Shown here: one piece after another, positions 14,001 to 26,600 of the stretch
Layout: each line of letters opens with the position of its first letter
Numbering within the stretch: position 1 is the stretch's first letter
Assembly (NCBI RefSeq): GCF_009914755.1
Contig: NC_060939.1
Source: the human T2T-CHM13v2.0 reference genome, Homo sapiens
DNA: 64,000 nucleotides
Strand: one strand, 5' to 3'
Notes under the pieces: model-generated
What the model saw: the letters and a program-made list of their open reading frames with translations, nothing else
Told to the model about the DNA's origin: nothing
The model's database searches: none
Program-made: the position numbers and the translations under genes

Positions 14001-17000
14001 TTGTGTCCACTGCATTCCATTCCACTCCATTCCATATTATTCCATTACACTCCATTCCATTCTATTACTTTCATTTCCATTCAATTCCATCCCATTTGAT
14101 TCCATTCCACTCGGTTTCATTCCATTTGATTCCACTCCATTCCATTCCATTGCATTCCATTCAGTTCCATTCCATTCTGTTCCAATCCATTCCATTCCAT
14201 TGCATTCCATTCCATTCGGTACCATTCCATATTGTTCCATTCGATTCCATTCGAATCCATTCCATTCCAGTCCATTCCATTCGATTCCTTTCCATTCCTT
14301 TACATTCCATTCCATTCCATTCCATTCCACTTGATTCCACTCCATTCCCTTCCACTGCATTCCATTCGATTCCATTCCATTGCATTGCATTCCATTCCAT
14401 TGGACAGCATTCCATTCGATTCCATTCCTTTCGAATCAATTACATAGCAATCCATTACATTCGAGTCTATTCTATTCCGTTCCATTCGATTTCGTTCCAA
14501 TCCATTCGATTCCATTCCATTCGATTCCATTCCATACTATTGCATTCCATTCTATTACATTATATTCGAATAAGTTCCATTCAAGACCATTTCTTTTGAG
14601 TCCATTCTATTTGATTCCATTCCCTTTGATTCCATAACATTTGAGTCCATTCAATTCCATTCCTTTCGTTTCCATTCCATTTGATGCCATTCCATTCAAT
14701 TCTCTTCTACTCGACTCCAATACATTCAATTCCATTCCATCCGATTCCATTACATTCTTTTCATTTCTTATCCATTTCAAGCCATTCCACTCCATTCCAT
14801 TCCACTCGTTTCCTTTCCATTCGAGTCCATTCCTCTCCAGTCCATTCCGTTCAATCCATTCCATTCCAGTCCATTCCATTCGAGTCCGTTCCATTCCAGT
14901 CCATTCCATTCGAGTCAATTCCATCCCATTCGATGTCTTTCCATAACGATCCATTCCATTCTATTCCTTTCGATTCCATTCCATTCTATTTCATTCCATT
15001 CGATTCCCTTCCATTGGACTCCTTTCCATTCGAGTGCATTCCATTCCGTTCCATTTCTTTCCGTTCTGTACGATTCCTACCGTTCGATTTCATTTTGTTC
15101 CAGTCCATTCCTTTCGCGTCCATTCCATTCCATTTCACTCCATTCGATTCCATTCCACTCGATTCCACTTCGTTCCATTTCATTGCATTCCATTCTATTC
15201 AACTCCATTGCCTTCCTTTCCATTCCATTCGATTACATTCCATGCGATTCCATTCGAAATCGAATCAATTACATTGCAATCCATTACTATTGAGTCCGTT
15301 TTATTCCAGTCCACTGCATTCTGGTCCATTCCATTTGATTCCATTCCATTCTATTCCATTCCATACAGTTGCATTCCATTGGATTCCATTCTATATCTAT
15401 AAATTCAATTCGAGATCATTGCTTTGGAGTCCATTCTATATGACTCCATTCCATTCAAGTCCATTACATTTGGTTCAATTCCATTCCATTCCATTCCCTT
15501 CCATTCCATTCCAGTTGATATCAATCCATTCGATTCCATTCCATTCGAGCACATTCCATTCGAGTCCATTCCATTCGATGCCTTTCCATTTGATTCTATT
15601 CCATTAGTCTCCATTCAATTCCATTAATCTCCATTCCATTCCATTCTACTCCAACTGATTCCATTCCATTCTATTCCTTTCCATTCCATTTCATTCCATT
15701 CCATTCCATTTCATTCCATTCCATTCCATTCGCTTCCATTCCATTCGTGTCCATTCCACTCCAGTCCATTCCATTCATGTCCATTCCATTCCAGTCCATT
15801 CCATTTGTGTCCACTGCATTCCATTCCACTCCATTCCATATTATTCCATTACACTCCATTCCATTCTATTACTTTCATTTCCATTCAATTCCATTCCATT
15901 TGATTCCATTCCACTCGGTTTCATTCCATTTGAGTCCACTCCATTCCATTCCATTCCATTCCATTCAGTTCCATTCCATTCTGTTCCAATCCATTCCATT
16001 CCATTGCATTCCATTCCATTCGGTACCATTCCATATTGTTCCATTCGATTCCATTCGAATCCATTCCATTCCAGTCCATTCCATTCGATTCCATTCCATT
16101 CCTTTACATTCCATTCCATTCCATTCCATTCCACTTGATTCCACTCCATTCCCTTCCACTGCATTCCATTCGATTCCATTCCATTGCATTGCATTCCATT
16201 CCATTGGACAGCATTCCATTCGATTCCATTCCTTTCGAATCAATTACATAGCAATCCATTACATTCGAGTCTATTCTCTTCCGTTCCATTCGATTTCGTT
16301 CCAATCCATTCGATTCCATTCCATTCGATTCCATTCCATACTATTGCATTCCATTCGATTACATTATATTCGAATAAGTTCCATTCAAGACCATTTCTTT
16401 TGAGTCCATTCTATTTGAGTCCATTCCCTTTGATTCCATAACATTTGAGTCCATTCAATTCCATTCCTTTCGTTTCCATTCCATTTGATGCCATTCCATT
16501 CAATTCTCTTCTACTCGACTCCAATACATTCAATTCCATTCCATCCGATTCCATTACATTCTTTTCATTTCTTATCCATTTCAAGCCATTCCACTCCATT
16601 CCATTCCACTCGTTTCCTTTCCATTCGAGTCCATTCCTCTCCAGTCCATTCCGTTCAATCCATTCCATTCCAGTCCATTCCATTCGAGTCCGTTCCATTC
16701 CAGTCCATTCCATTCGAGTCAATTCCATCCCATTCGATGTCTTTCCATAACGATCCATTCCATTCTATTCCTTTCGATTCCATTCCATTCTATTTCATTC
16801 CATTCGATTCCCTTCCATTGGACTCCTTTCCATTCGAGTGCATTCCATTCCGTTCCATTTCTTTCCGTTCTGTACGATTCCTACCGTTCGATTTCATTTT
16901 GTTCCAGTCCATTCCTTTCGCGTCCATTCCATTCCATTTCACTCCATTCGATTCCATTCCACTCGATTCCACTTCGTTCCATTTCATTGCATTCCATTCT

Positions 17001-20000
17001 ATTCAACTCCATTGCCTTCCTTTCCATTCCATTCGATTACATTCCATGCGATTCCATTCGAAATCGAATCAATTACATTGCAATCCATTACTATTGAGTC
17101 CGTTTTATTCCAGTCCACTGCATTCTGGTCCATTCCATTTGATTCCATTCCATTCTATTCCATTCCATACAGTTGCATTCCATTGGATTCCATTCTATAT
17201 CTATAAATTCAATTCGAGCTCATTGCTTTGGAGTCCATTCTATATGATTCCATTCCATTGAAGTCCATTACATTTGGTTCAATTCCATTCCATTCCATTC
17301 CCTTCCATTCCATTCCAGTTGATATCAATCCATTCGATTCCATTCCATTCGAGCACATTCCATTCGAGTCCATTCCATTCGATGCCTTTCCATTTGATTC
17401 TATTCCATTAGTCTCCATTCAATTCCATTAATCTCCATTCCATTCCATTCTACTCCAACTGATTCCATTCCATTCTATTCCTTTCCATTCCATTTCATTC
17501 CATTCCATTCCATTTCATTCCATTCCATTCCATTCGCTTCCATTCCATTCGTGTCCATTCCACTCCAGTCCATTCCATTCATGTCCATTCCATTCCAGTC
17601 CATTCCATTTGTGTCCACTGCATTCCATTCCACTCCATTCCATATTATTCCATTACACTCCATTCCATTCTATTACTTTCATTTCCATTCAATTCCATTC
17701 CATTTGATTCCATTCCACTCGGTTTCATTCCATTTGAGTCCACTCCATTCCATTCCATTCCATTCCATTCAGTTCCATTCCATTCTGTTCCAATCCATTC
17801 CATTCCATTGCATTCCATTCCATTCGATACCATTCCATATTGTTCCATTCGATTCCATTCGAATCCATTCCATTCCAGTCCATTCCATTCGATTCCATTC
17901 CATTCCTTTACATTCCATTCCATTCCATTCCATTCCACTTGATTCCACTCCATTCCCTTCCACTGCATTCCATTCGATTCCATTCCATTGCATTGCATTC
18001 CATTCCATTGGACAGCATTCCATTCGATTCCATTCCTTTCGAATCAATTACATAGCAATCCATTACATTCGAGTCTATTCTATTCCGTTCCATTCGATTT
18101 CGTTCCAATCCATTCGATTCCATTCCATTCGATTCCATTCCATACTATTGCATTCCATTCTATTACATTATATTCGAATAAGTTCCATTCAAGACCATTT
18201 CTTTTGAGTCCATTCTATTTGAGTCCATTCCCTTTGATTCCATAACATTTGAGTCCATTCAATTCCATTCCTTTCGTTTCCATTCCATTTGATGCCATTC
18301 CATTCAATTCTCTTCTACTCGACTCCAATACATTCAATTCCATTCCATCCGATTCCATTACATTCTTTTCATTTCTTATCCATTTCAAGCCATTCCACTC
18401 CATTCCATTCCACTCGTTTCCTTTCCATTCGAGTCCATTCCTCTCCAGTCCATTCCGTTCAATCCATTCCATTCCAGTCCATTCCATTCGAGTCCGTTCC
18501 ATTCCAGTCCATTCCATTCGAGTCAATTCCATCCCATTCGATGTCTTTCCATAACGATCCATTCCATTCTATTCCTTTCGATTCCATTCCATTCTATTTC
18601 ATTCCATTCGATTCCCTTCCATTGGACTCCTTTCCATTCGAGTGCATTCCATTCCGTTCCATTTCTTTCCGTTCTGTACGATTCCTACCGTTCGATTTCA
18701 TTTTGTTCCAGTCCATTCCTTTCGCGTCCATTCCATTCCATTTCACTCCATTCGATTCCATTCCACTCGATTCCACTTCGTTCCATTTCATTGCATTCCA
18801 TTCTATTCAACTCCATTGCCTTCCTTTCCATTCCATTCGATTACATTCCATGCGATTCCATTCGAAATCGAATCAATTACATTGCAATCCATTACTATTG
18901 AGTCCGTTTTATTCCAGTCCACTGCATTCTGGTCCATTCCATTTGATTCCATTCCATTCTATTCCATTCCATACAGTTGCATTCCATTGGATTCCATTCT
19001 ATATCTATAAATTCAATTCGAGCTCATTGCTTTGGAGTCCATTCTATATGATTCCATTCCATTGAAGTCCATTACATTTGGTTCAATTCCATTCCATTCC
19101 ATTCCCTTCCATTCCATTCCAGTTGATATCAATCCATTCGATTCCATTCCATTCGAGCACATTCCATTCGAGTCCATTCCATTCGATGCCTTTCCATTTG
19201 ATTCTATTCCATTAGTCTCCATTCAATTCCATTAATCTCCATTCCATTCCATTCTACTCCAACTGATTCCATTCCATTCTATTCCTTTCCATTCCATTTC
19301 ATTCCATTCCATTCCATTTCATTCCATTCCATTCCATTCGCTTCCATTCCATTCGTGTCCATTCCACTCCAGTCCATTCCATTCATGTCCATTCCATTCC
19401 AGTCCATTCCATTTGTGTCCACTGCATTCCATTCCACTCCATTCCATATTATTCCATTACACTCCATTCCATTCTATTACTTTCATTTCCATTCAATTCC
19501 ATTCCATTTGATTCCATTCCACTCGGTTTCATTCCATTTGAGTCCACTCCATTCCATTCCATTCCATTCCATTCAGTTCCATTCCATTCTGTTCCAATCC
19601 ATTCCATTCCATTGCATTCCATTCCATTCGGTACCATTCCATATTGTTCCATTCGATTCCATTCGAATCCATTCCATTCCAGTCCATTCCATTCGATTCC
19701 ATTCCATTCCTTTACATTCCATTCCATTCCATTCCATTCCACTTGATTCCACTCCATTCCCTTCCACTGCATTCCATTCGATTCCATTCCATTGCATTGC
19801 ATTCCATTCCATTGGACAGCATTCCATTCGATTCCATTCCTTTCGAATCAATTACATAGCAATCCATTACATTCGAGTCTATTCTATTCCGTTCCATTCG
19901 ATTTCGTTCCAATCCATTCGATTCCATTCCATTCGATTACATTCCATACTATTGCATTCCATTCTATTACATTATATTCGAATAAGTTCCATTCAAGACC

Positions 20001-20699
20001 ATTTCTTTTGAGTCCATTCTATTTGAGTCCATTCCCTTTGATTCCATAACATTTGAGTCCATTCAATTCCATTCCTTTCGTTTCCATTCCATTTGATGCC
20101 ATTCCATTCAATTCTCTTCTACTCGACTCCAATACATTCAATTCCATTCCATCCGATTCCATTACATTCTTTTCATTTCTTATCCATTTCAAGCCATTCC
20201 ACTCCATTCCATTCCACTCGTTTCCTTTCCATTCGAGTCCATTCCTCTCCAGTCCATTCCGTTCAATCCATTCCATTCCAGTCCATTCCATTCGAGTCCG
20301 TTCCATTCCAGTCCATTCCATTCGAGTCAATTCCATCCCATTCGATGTCTTTCCATAACGATCCATTCCATTCTATTCCTTTCGATTCCATTCCATTCTA
20401 TTTCATTCCATTCGATTCCCTTCCATTGGACTCCTTTCCATTCGAGTGCATTCCATTCCGTTCCATTTCTTTCCGTTCTGTACGATTCCTACCGTTCGAT
20501 TTCATTTTGTTCCAGTCCATTCCTTTCGCGTCCATTCCATTCCATTTCACTCCATTCGATTCCATTCCACTCGATTCCACTTCGTTCCATTTAATTGCAT
20601 TCCATTCTATTCAACTCCATTGCCTTCCTTTCCATTCCATTCGATTACATTCCATGCGATTCCATTCGAAATCGAATCAATTACATTGCAATCCATTAC

Positions 20700-23600
20700 T
20701 ATTGAGTCCGTTTTATTCCAGTCCACTGCATTCTGGTCCATTCCATTTGATTCCATTCCAATCTATTCCATTCCATACAGTTGCATTCCATTGGATTCCA
20801 TTCTATATCTATAAATTCAATTCGAGATCATTGCTTTGGAGTCCATTCTATATGATTCCATTCCATTCAAGTCCATTACATTTGGTTCAATTCCATTCCA
20901 TTCCATTCCCTTCCATTCCATTCCAGTTGATATCAATCCATTCGATTCCATTCCATTCGAGCACATTCCATTCGAGACCATTCCATTCGATGCCATTCCA
21001 TTTGATTCTATTCCATTAGTCTCCATTCAAATCCATTAATCTCCATTATATTCCATTCTACTCCAACTGATTCCATTCCATTCTATTCCTTTCCATTCCA
21101 TTTCATTCCATTCCATTCCATTTCATTCCATTCCATTCCATTCGCTTCCATTCCATTCGTGTCCATTCCACTCCAGTCCATTCCATTAATGTCCATTCCA
21201 TTCCAGTCCATTCCATTTGTGTCCACTGCATTCCATTCCACTCCATTCCATATTATTCCATTACACTCCATTCCATTCTATTACTTTCATTTCCATTCAA
21301 TTCCATTCCATTTGATTCCATTCCACTCGGTTTCATTCCATTTGAGTCCACTCCATTCCATTCCATTCCATTCCATTCAGTTCATTTCCATTCTGTTCCA
21401 ATCCATTCCATTCCATTGCATTCCATTCCATTCGGTACCATTCCATATTGTTCCATTCGATTCCATTCGAATCCATTCCATTCCAGTCCATTCCATTCGA
21501 TTCCATTCCATTCCTTTACATTCCATTCCATTCCATTCCATTCCACTTGATTCCACTCCATTCCCTTCCACTGCATTCCATTCGATTCCATTCCATTGCA
21601 TTGCATTCCATTCCATTGGACTGCATTCCATTCGATTCCATTACATTCGAATCAATTACATAGCAATCCATTACATTCGAGTCTATTCTATTCCGTTCCA
21701 TTCGATTTCGTTCCAATCCATTCGATTCCATTCCATTTGATTCCATTCCATACTATTGCATTCCATTCTATTACATTATATTCGAATAAGTTCCATTCAA
21801 GACCATTTCTTTTGAGTCCATTCTATTTGAGTCCATTCCCTTTGATTCCATAACATTTGAGTCCATTCAATTCCATTCCTTTCGTTTCCATTCCATTTGA
21901 TGCCATTCCATTTAATTCTGTTCTACTCGACTCCAATACATTCAATTCCATTCCATCCGATTCCATTACATTCTTTTCATTTCTTATCCATTTCAAGCCA
22001 TTCCACTCCATTCCATTCCACTCGTTTCCTTTCCATTCGAGTCCATTCCTCTCCAGTCCATTCCGTTCAATCCATTCCATTCCAGTCCATTCCATTCGAG
22101 TCCGTTCCATTCCAGTCCATTCCATTCGAGTCAATTCCATTCCATTCGATGTCTTTCCATAACGATCCATTCCATTCTATTCCTTTTGATTCCATTCCAT
22201 TCTATTTCATTCCATTCGATTCCCTTCCATTGGACTCCTTTCCATTCGAGTGCATTCCATTCCGTTCCATTTCTTTCTGTTCTGTACGATTCCTACCGTT
22301 CGATTTCATTTTGTTCCAGTCCATTCCTTTCGCGTCCATTCCATTCCATTTCACTCCATTCGATTCCATTCCACTCGATTCCACTTCGTTCCATTTCATT
22401 GCATTCCATTCTATTTAACTCTATTGCCTTCCATTCCATTCCATTCGATTACATTCCATGCGATTCCATTCGAAATCGAATCAATTACATTGCAATCCAT
22501 TACTATTGAGTCCGTTTTATTCCAGTCCACTGCATTCTGGTCTATTCCATTTGATTCCATTCCATTCTATTCCATTCCATACAGTTGCATTCCATTGGAT
22601 TCCATTCTATATCTATAAATTCAATTCGAGACCATTGCTTTTGAGTCCCTTCTATATGATTCCATTCCATTCAAGTCCATTACATTTGGTTCAATTCCAT
22701 TCCATTCCATTCCCTTCCATTCCATTCCAATTGATATCAGTCCATTCGATTCCATTCCATTCGAGCACATTCCATTCGAGTCCATTCCATTCGATGCCAT
22801 TCCATTTGATTCTATTCCATTAGTCTCCATTCAATTCCATTAATCTCCATTCCATTCCATTCTACTCCAACTGATTCCATTCCATTCTATTCCTTTCCAT
22901 TCCATTTCATACCATTCCATTCCATTTCATTCCATTGCATTCCATTCGTGTCCTTTCCACTCCAGTCCATTCCATTCGTGTCCATTCCATTCCAGTCCAT
23001 TACATTTGTGTCCACTGCATTCCATTCCACTCCATTCCATATTATTCCATTACACTCCATTCCATTCTATTACTTTCATTTCCATTCAATTCCATTCCAT
23101 TTGATTCCATTCCACTCGGTTTCATTCCATTTGAGTCCACTCCATTCCATTTCATTCCATTCCATTCAGTTCCATTCCATTCTGTTCCAATCCATTCCAT
23201 TCCATTGCATTCCATTCCATTCGGTACCATTCCATATTGTTCCATTCGATTCCATTCGAATCCATTCCATTCCAGTCCATTCCATTCGATTCCATTCCAT
23301 TCCTTTACATTCCTTTCCATTCCATTCCATTCCACTTGATTCCACTCCATTCCCTTCCACTGCATTCCATTCGATTCCATTCCATTGCATTGCATTCCAT
23401 TCCATTGGACTGCATTCCATTCGATTCCATTCCTTTCGAATCAATTACATAGCAATCCATTACATTCGAGTCTATTCTATTCCGTTCCATTCGATTTCGT
23501 TCCAATCCATTCGATTCCATTCCATTCGATTCCATTCCATACTATTGCATTCCATTCGATTACATTATATTCGAATAAGTTCCATTCAAGACCATTTCTT

Positions 23601-26600
23601 TTGAGTCCATTCTATTTGAGTCCATTCCCTTTGATTCCATAACATTTGAGTCCATTCAATTCCATTCCTTTCGTTTCCATTCCATTTGATGCCATTCCAT
23701 TCAATTCTGTTCTACTCGTCTCCAATACATTCAATTCCATTCCATCCGATTCCATTACATTCTTTTCATTTCTTATCCATTTCAAGCCATTCCACTCCAT
23801 TCCATTCCACTCGTTTCCTTTCCATTCGAGTCCATTCCTCTCCAGTCCATTCCGTTCAATCCATTCCATTCCAGTCCATTCCATTCGAGTCCGTTCCATT
23901 CCAGTCCATTCCATTCGAGTCAATTCCATTCCATTCGATGTCTTTCCATAACGATCCATTCCATTCTATTCCTTTCGATTCCATTCCATTCTATTTCATT
24001 CCATTCGATTCCCTTCCATTGGACTCCTTTCCATTCGAGTGCATTCCATTCCGTTTCATTTCTTTCCGTTCTGTACGATTCCTACCGTTCGATTTCATTT
24101 TGTTCCAGTCATTTCCTTTCGCGTCCATTCCATTCCTTTTCACTCCATTCGATTCCATTCCACTCGATTCCACTTCGTTCCATTTCATTGCATTCCATTC
24201 TATTCAACTCTATTGCCTTCCATTCCATTCCATTCGATTACATTCCATGCGATTCCATTCGAAATCGAATCAATTACATTGCAATCCATTACTATTGAGT
24301 CCGTTTTATTCCAGTCCACTGCATTCTGGTCCATTCCATTTGATTCCATTCCATTCTATTCCATTCCATACAGTTGCATTCCATTGGATTCCATGCTATA
24401 TCTATAAATTCAATTCGAGACCATTGCTTTTGAGTCCATTCTATATGATTCCATTCCATTCAAGTCCATTACATTTGGTTAAATTCCATTCCATTCCGTT
24501 CAATTCCATTCCATTCCATTCCCTTCCATTCCATTCCAGTTGATATCAATCCATTCGATTCCATTCCATTCGAGCACATTCCATTCGAGTCCATTCCATT
24601 CGATGCCATTCCATTTGATTCTATTCCATTAGTCTCCATTCAATTCCATTAATCTCCATTCCATTCCATTCTACTCCAACTGATTCCATTCCATTCTATT
24701 CCTTTCCATTCCATTTCATTCCATTCCATTCCATTCCATTCCATTCCATTCCATTCTTGTCCATTCCACTCCAGTCCATTCCATTCGTGTCCATTCCATT
24801 CCAGTCCATTCCATTTGTGTCCACTGCATTCCATTCCACTCCATTCCATATTATTCCATTACACTCCATTCCATTCTATTACTTTCATTTCCATTCAATT
24901 CCATTCCATTTGATTCCATTCCACTCGGTTTCATTCCATTTGAGTCCACTCCATTCCATTCCATTCCATTCCATTCAGTTCCATTCCGTTCTGTTCCATT
25001 CCATTCCGTTCCATTACATTCCATTCCATTCGGTACCATTCCATATTGTTCCATTCGATTCCATTCGAATCCATTCCATTCCAGTCCATTCCATTCGATT
25101 CCATTCCATTCATTTCAATTCCATTCCATTCCATTCCATTACATTCCACTTGATTCCTCTCCATTCCCTTCCACTGCATTCCGTTCGATTCCATTCCATT
25201 GCATTGCATTCCATTCCATTGGATTGCATTCCATTCGATTCCATTCCATTCGAATCAATTACATAGCAATCCATTACATTCGAGTCTATTCTCTTCCGTT
25301 CCATTCGATTTCGTTCCAATCCATTCGATTCCATTCCATTCGATTGCATTCCATACTATTGCATTCCATTCGATTACATTATATTCGAATAAGTTCCATT
25401 CAAGACCATTTCTTTTGAGTCCATTCTATTTGAGTCCATTCCCTTTGATTCCATAACATTTGAGTCCATTCAATTCCATTCCTTTCGTTTCCATTCCATT
25501 TGATGCCATTCCATTCAATTCTGTTCTACTCGACTCCAATACATTCAATTCCATTCCATCCGATTCCATTACATTCTTTTCATTTCTTATCCATTTCAAG
25601 CCATTCCACTCCATTCCATTCCACTCGTTTCCTTTCCATTCGAGTCCATTCCTCTCCAGTCCATTCCGTTCAATCCATTCCATTCCAGTCCATTCCATTC
25701 GAGTCCGTTCCATTCCAGTCCATTCCATTCGAGTCAATTCCATTCCATTCGATGTCTTTCCATAACGATCCATTCCATTCTATTCCTTTCGATTCCATTC
25801 CATTCTATTTCATTCCATTCGATTCCCTTCCATTGGACTCCTTTCCATTCGAGTGCATTCCATTCCGTTCCATTTCTTTCCGTTCTGTACGATTCCTACC
25901 GTTCGATTTCATTTTGTTCCAGTCCATTCTTTCGCGTCCATTCCATTCCATTTCACTCCATTCGATTCCATTCCACTCGATTCCACTTCGTTCCATTTCA
26001 TTGCATTCCATTCTATTTAACTCTATTGCCTTCCATTCCATTCCATTCGATTACATTCCATGCGATTCCATTCGAAATCGAATCAATTACATTGCAATCC
26101 ATTACTATTGAGTCCGTTTTATTCCTGTCCACTGCATTCTGGTCCATTCCATTTGATTTCATTCCATTCTATTCCATTCCATACAGTTGCATTCCATTGG
26201 ATTCCATGCTATATCTATAAATTCAATTCGAGACCATTGCTTTTGAGTCCATTCTATATGATTCCATTCCATTCAAGTCCATTACATTTGGTTAAATTCC
26301 ATTCCATTCGGTTCAATTCCATTCCATTCCATTCCCTTCCATTCCATTCCAGTTGATATCAATCCATTCGATTCCATTCCATTCGAGCACATTCCATTCG
26401 AGTCCATTCCATTCGATGCCATTCCATTTGATTCTATTCCATTAGTCTCCATTCAATTCCATTAATCTCCATTCCATTCCATTCTACTCCAACTGATTCC
26501 ATTCCATTCTATTCCTTTCCATTCCATTTCATTCCATTCCATTCCATTCCATTCCATTCCATTCCATTCGTGTCCATTCCACTCCAGTCCATTCCATTCG

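Larger units (their letters stand above)
2900..20700 (+). repeat. Recently homogenised sub-array of ~10 near-identical units
   Basis: Nine of ten spacings are 1804 bp (one is 1794). Shared diagnostic variants include gatgcctttcc, attcatgtcc, ggacagcattcc, aattccatcccattc, aactccattgccttccttt and gctttggagtcc. Confidence 0.88.
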
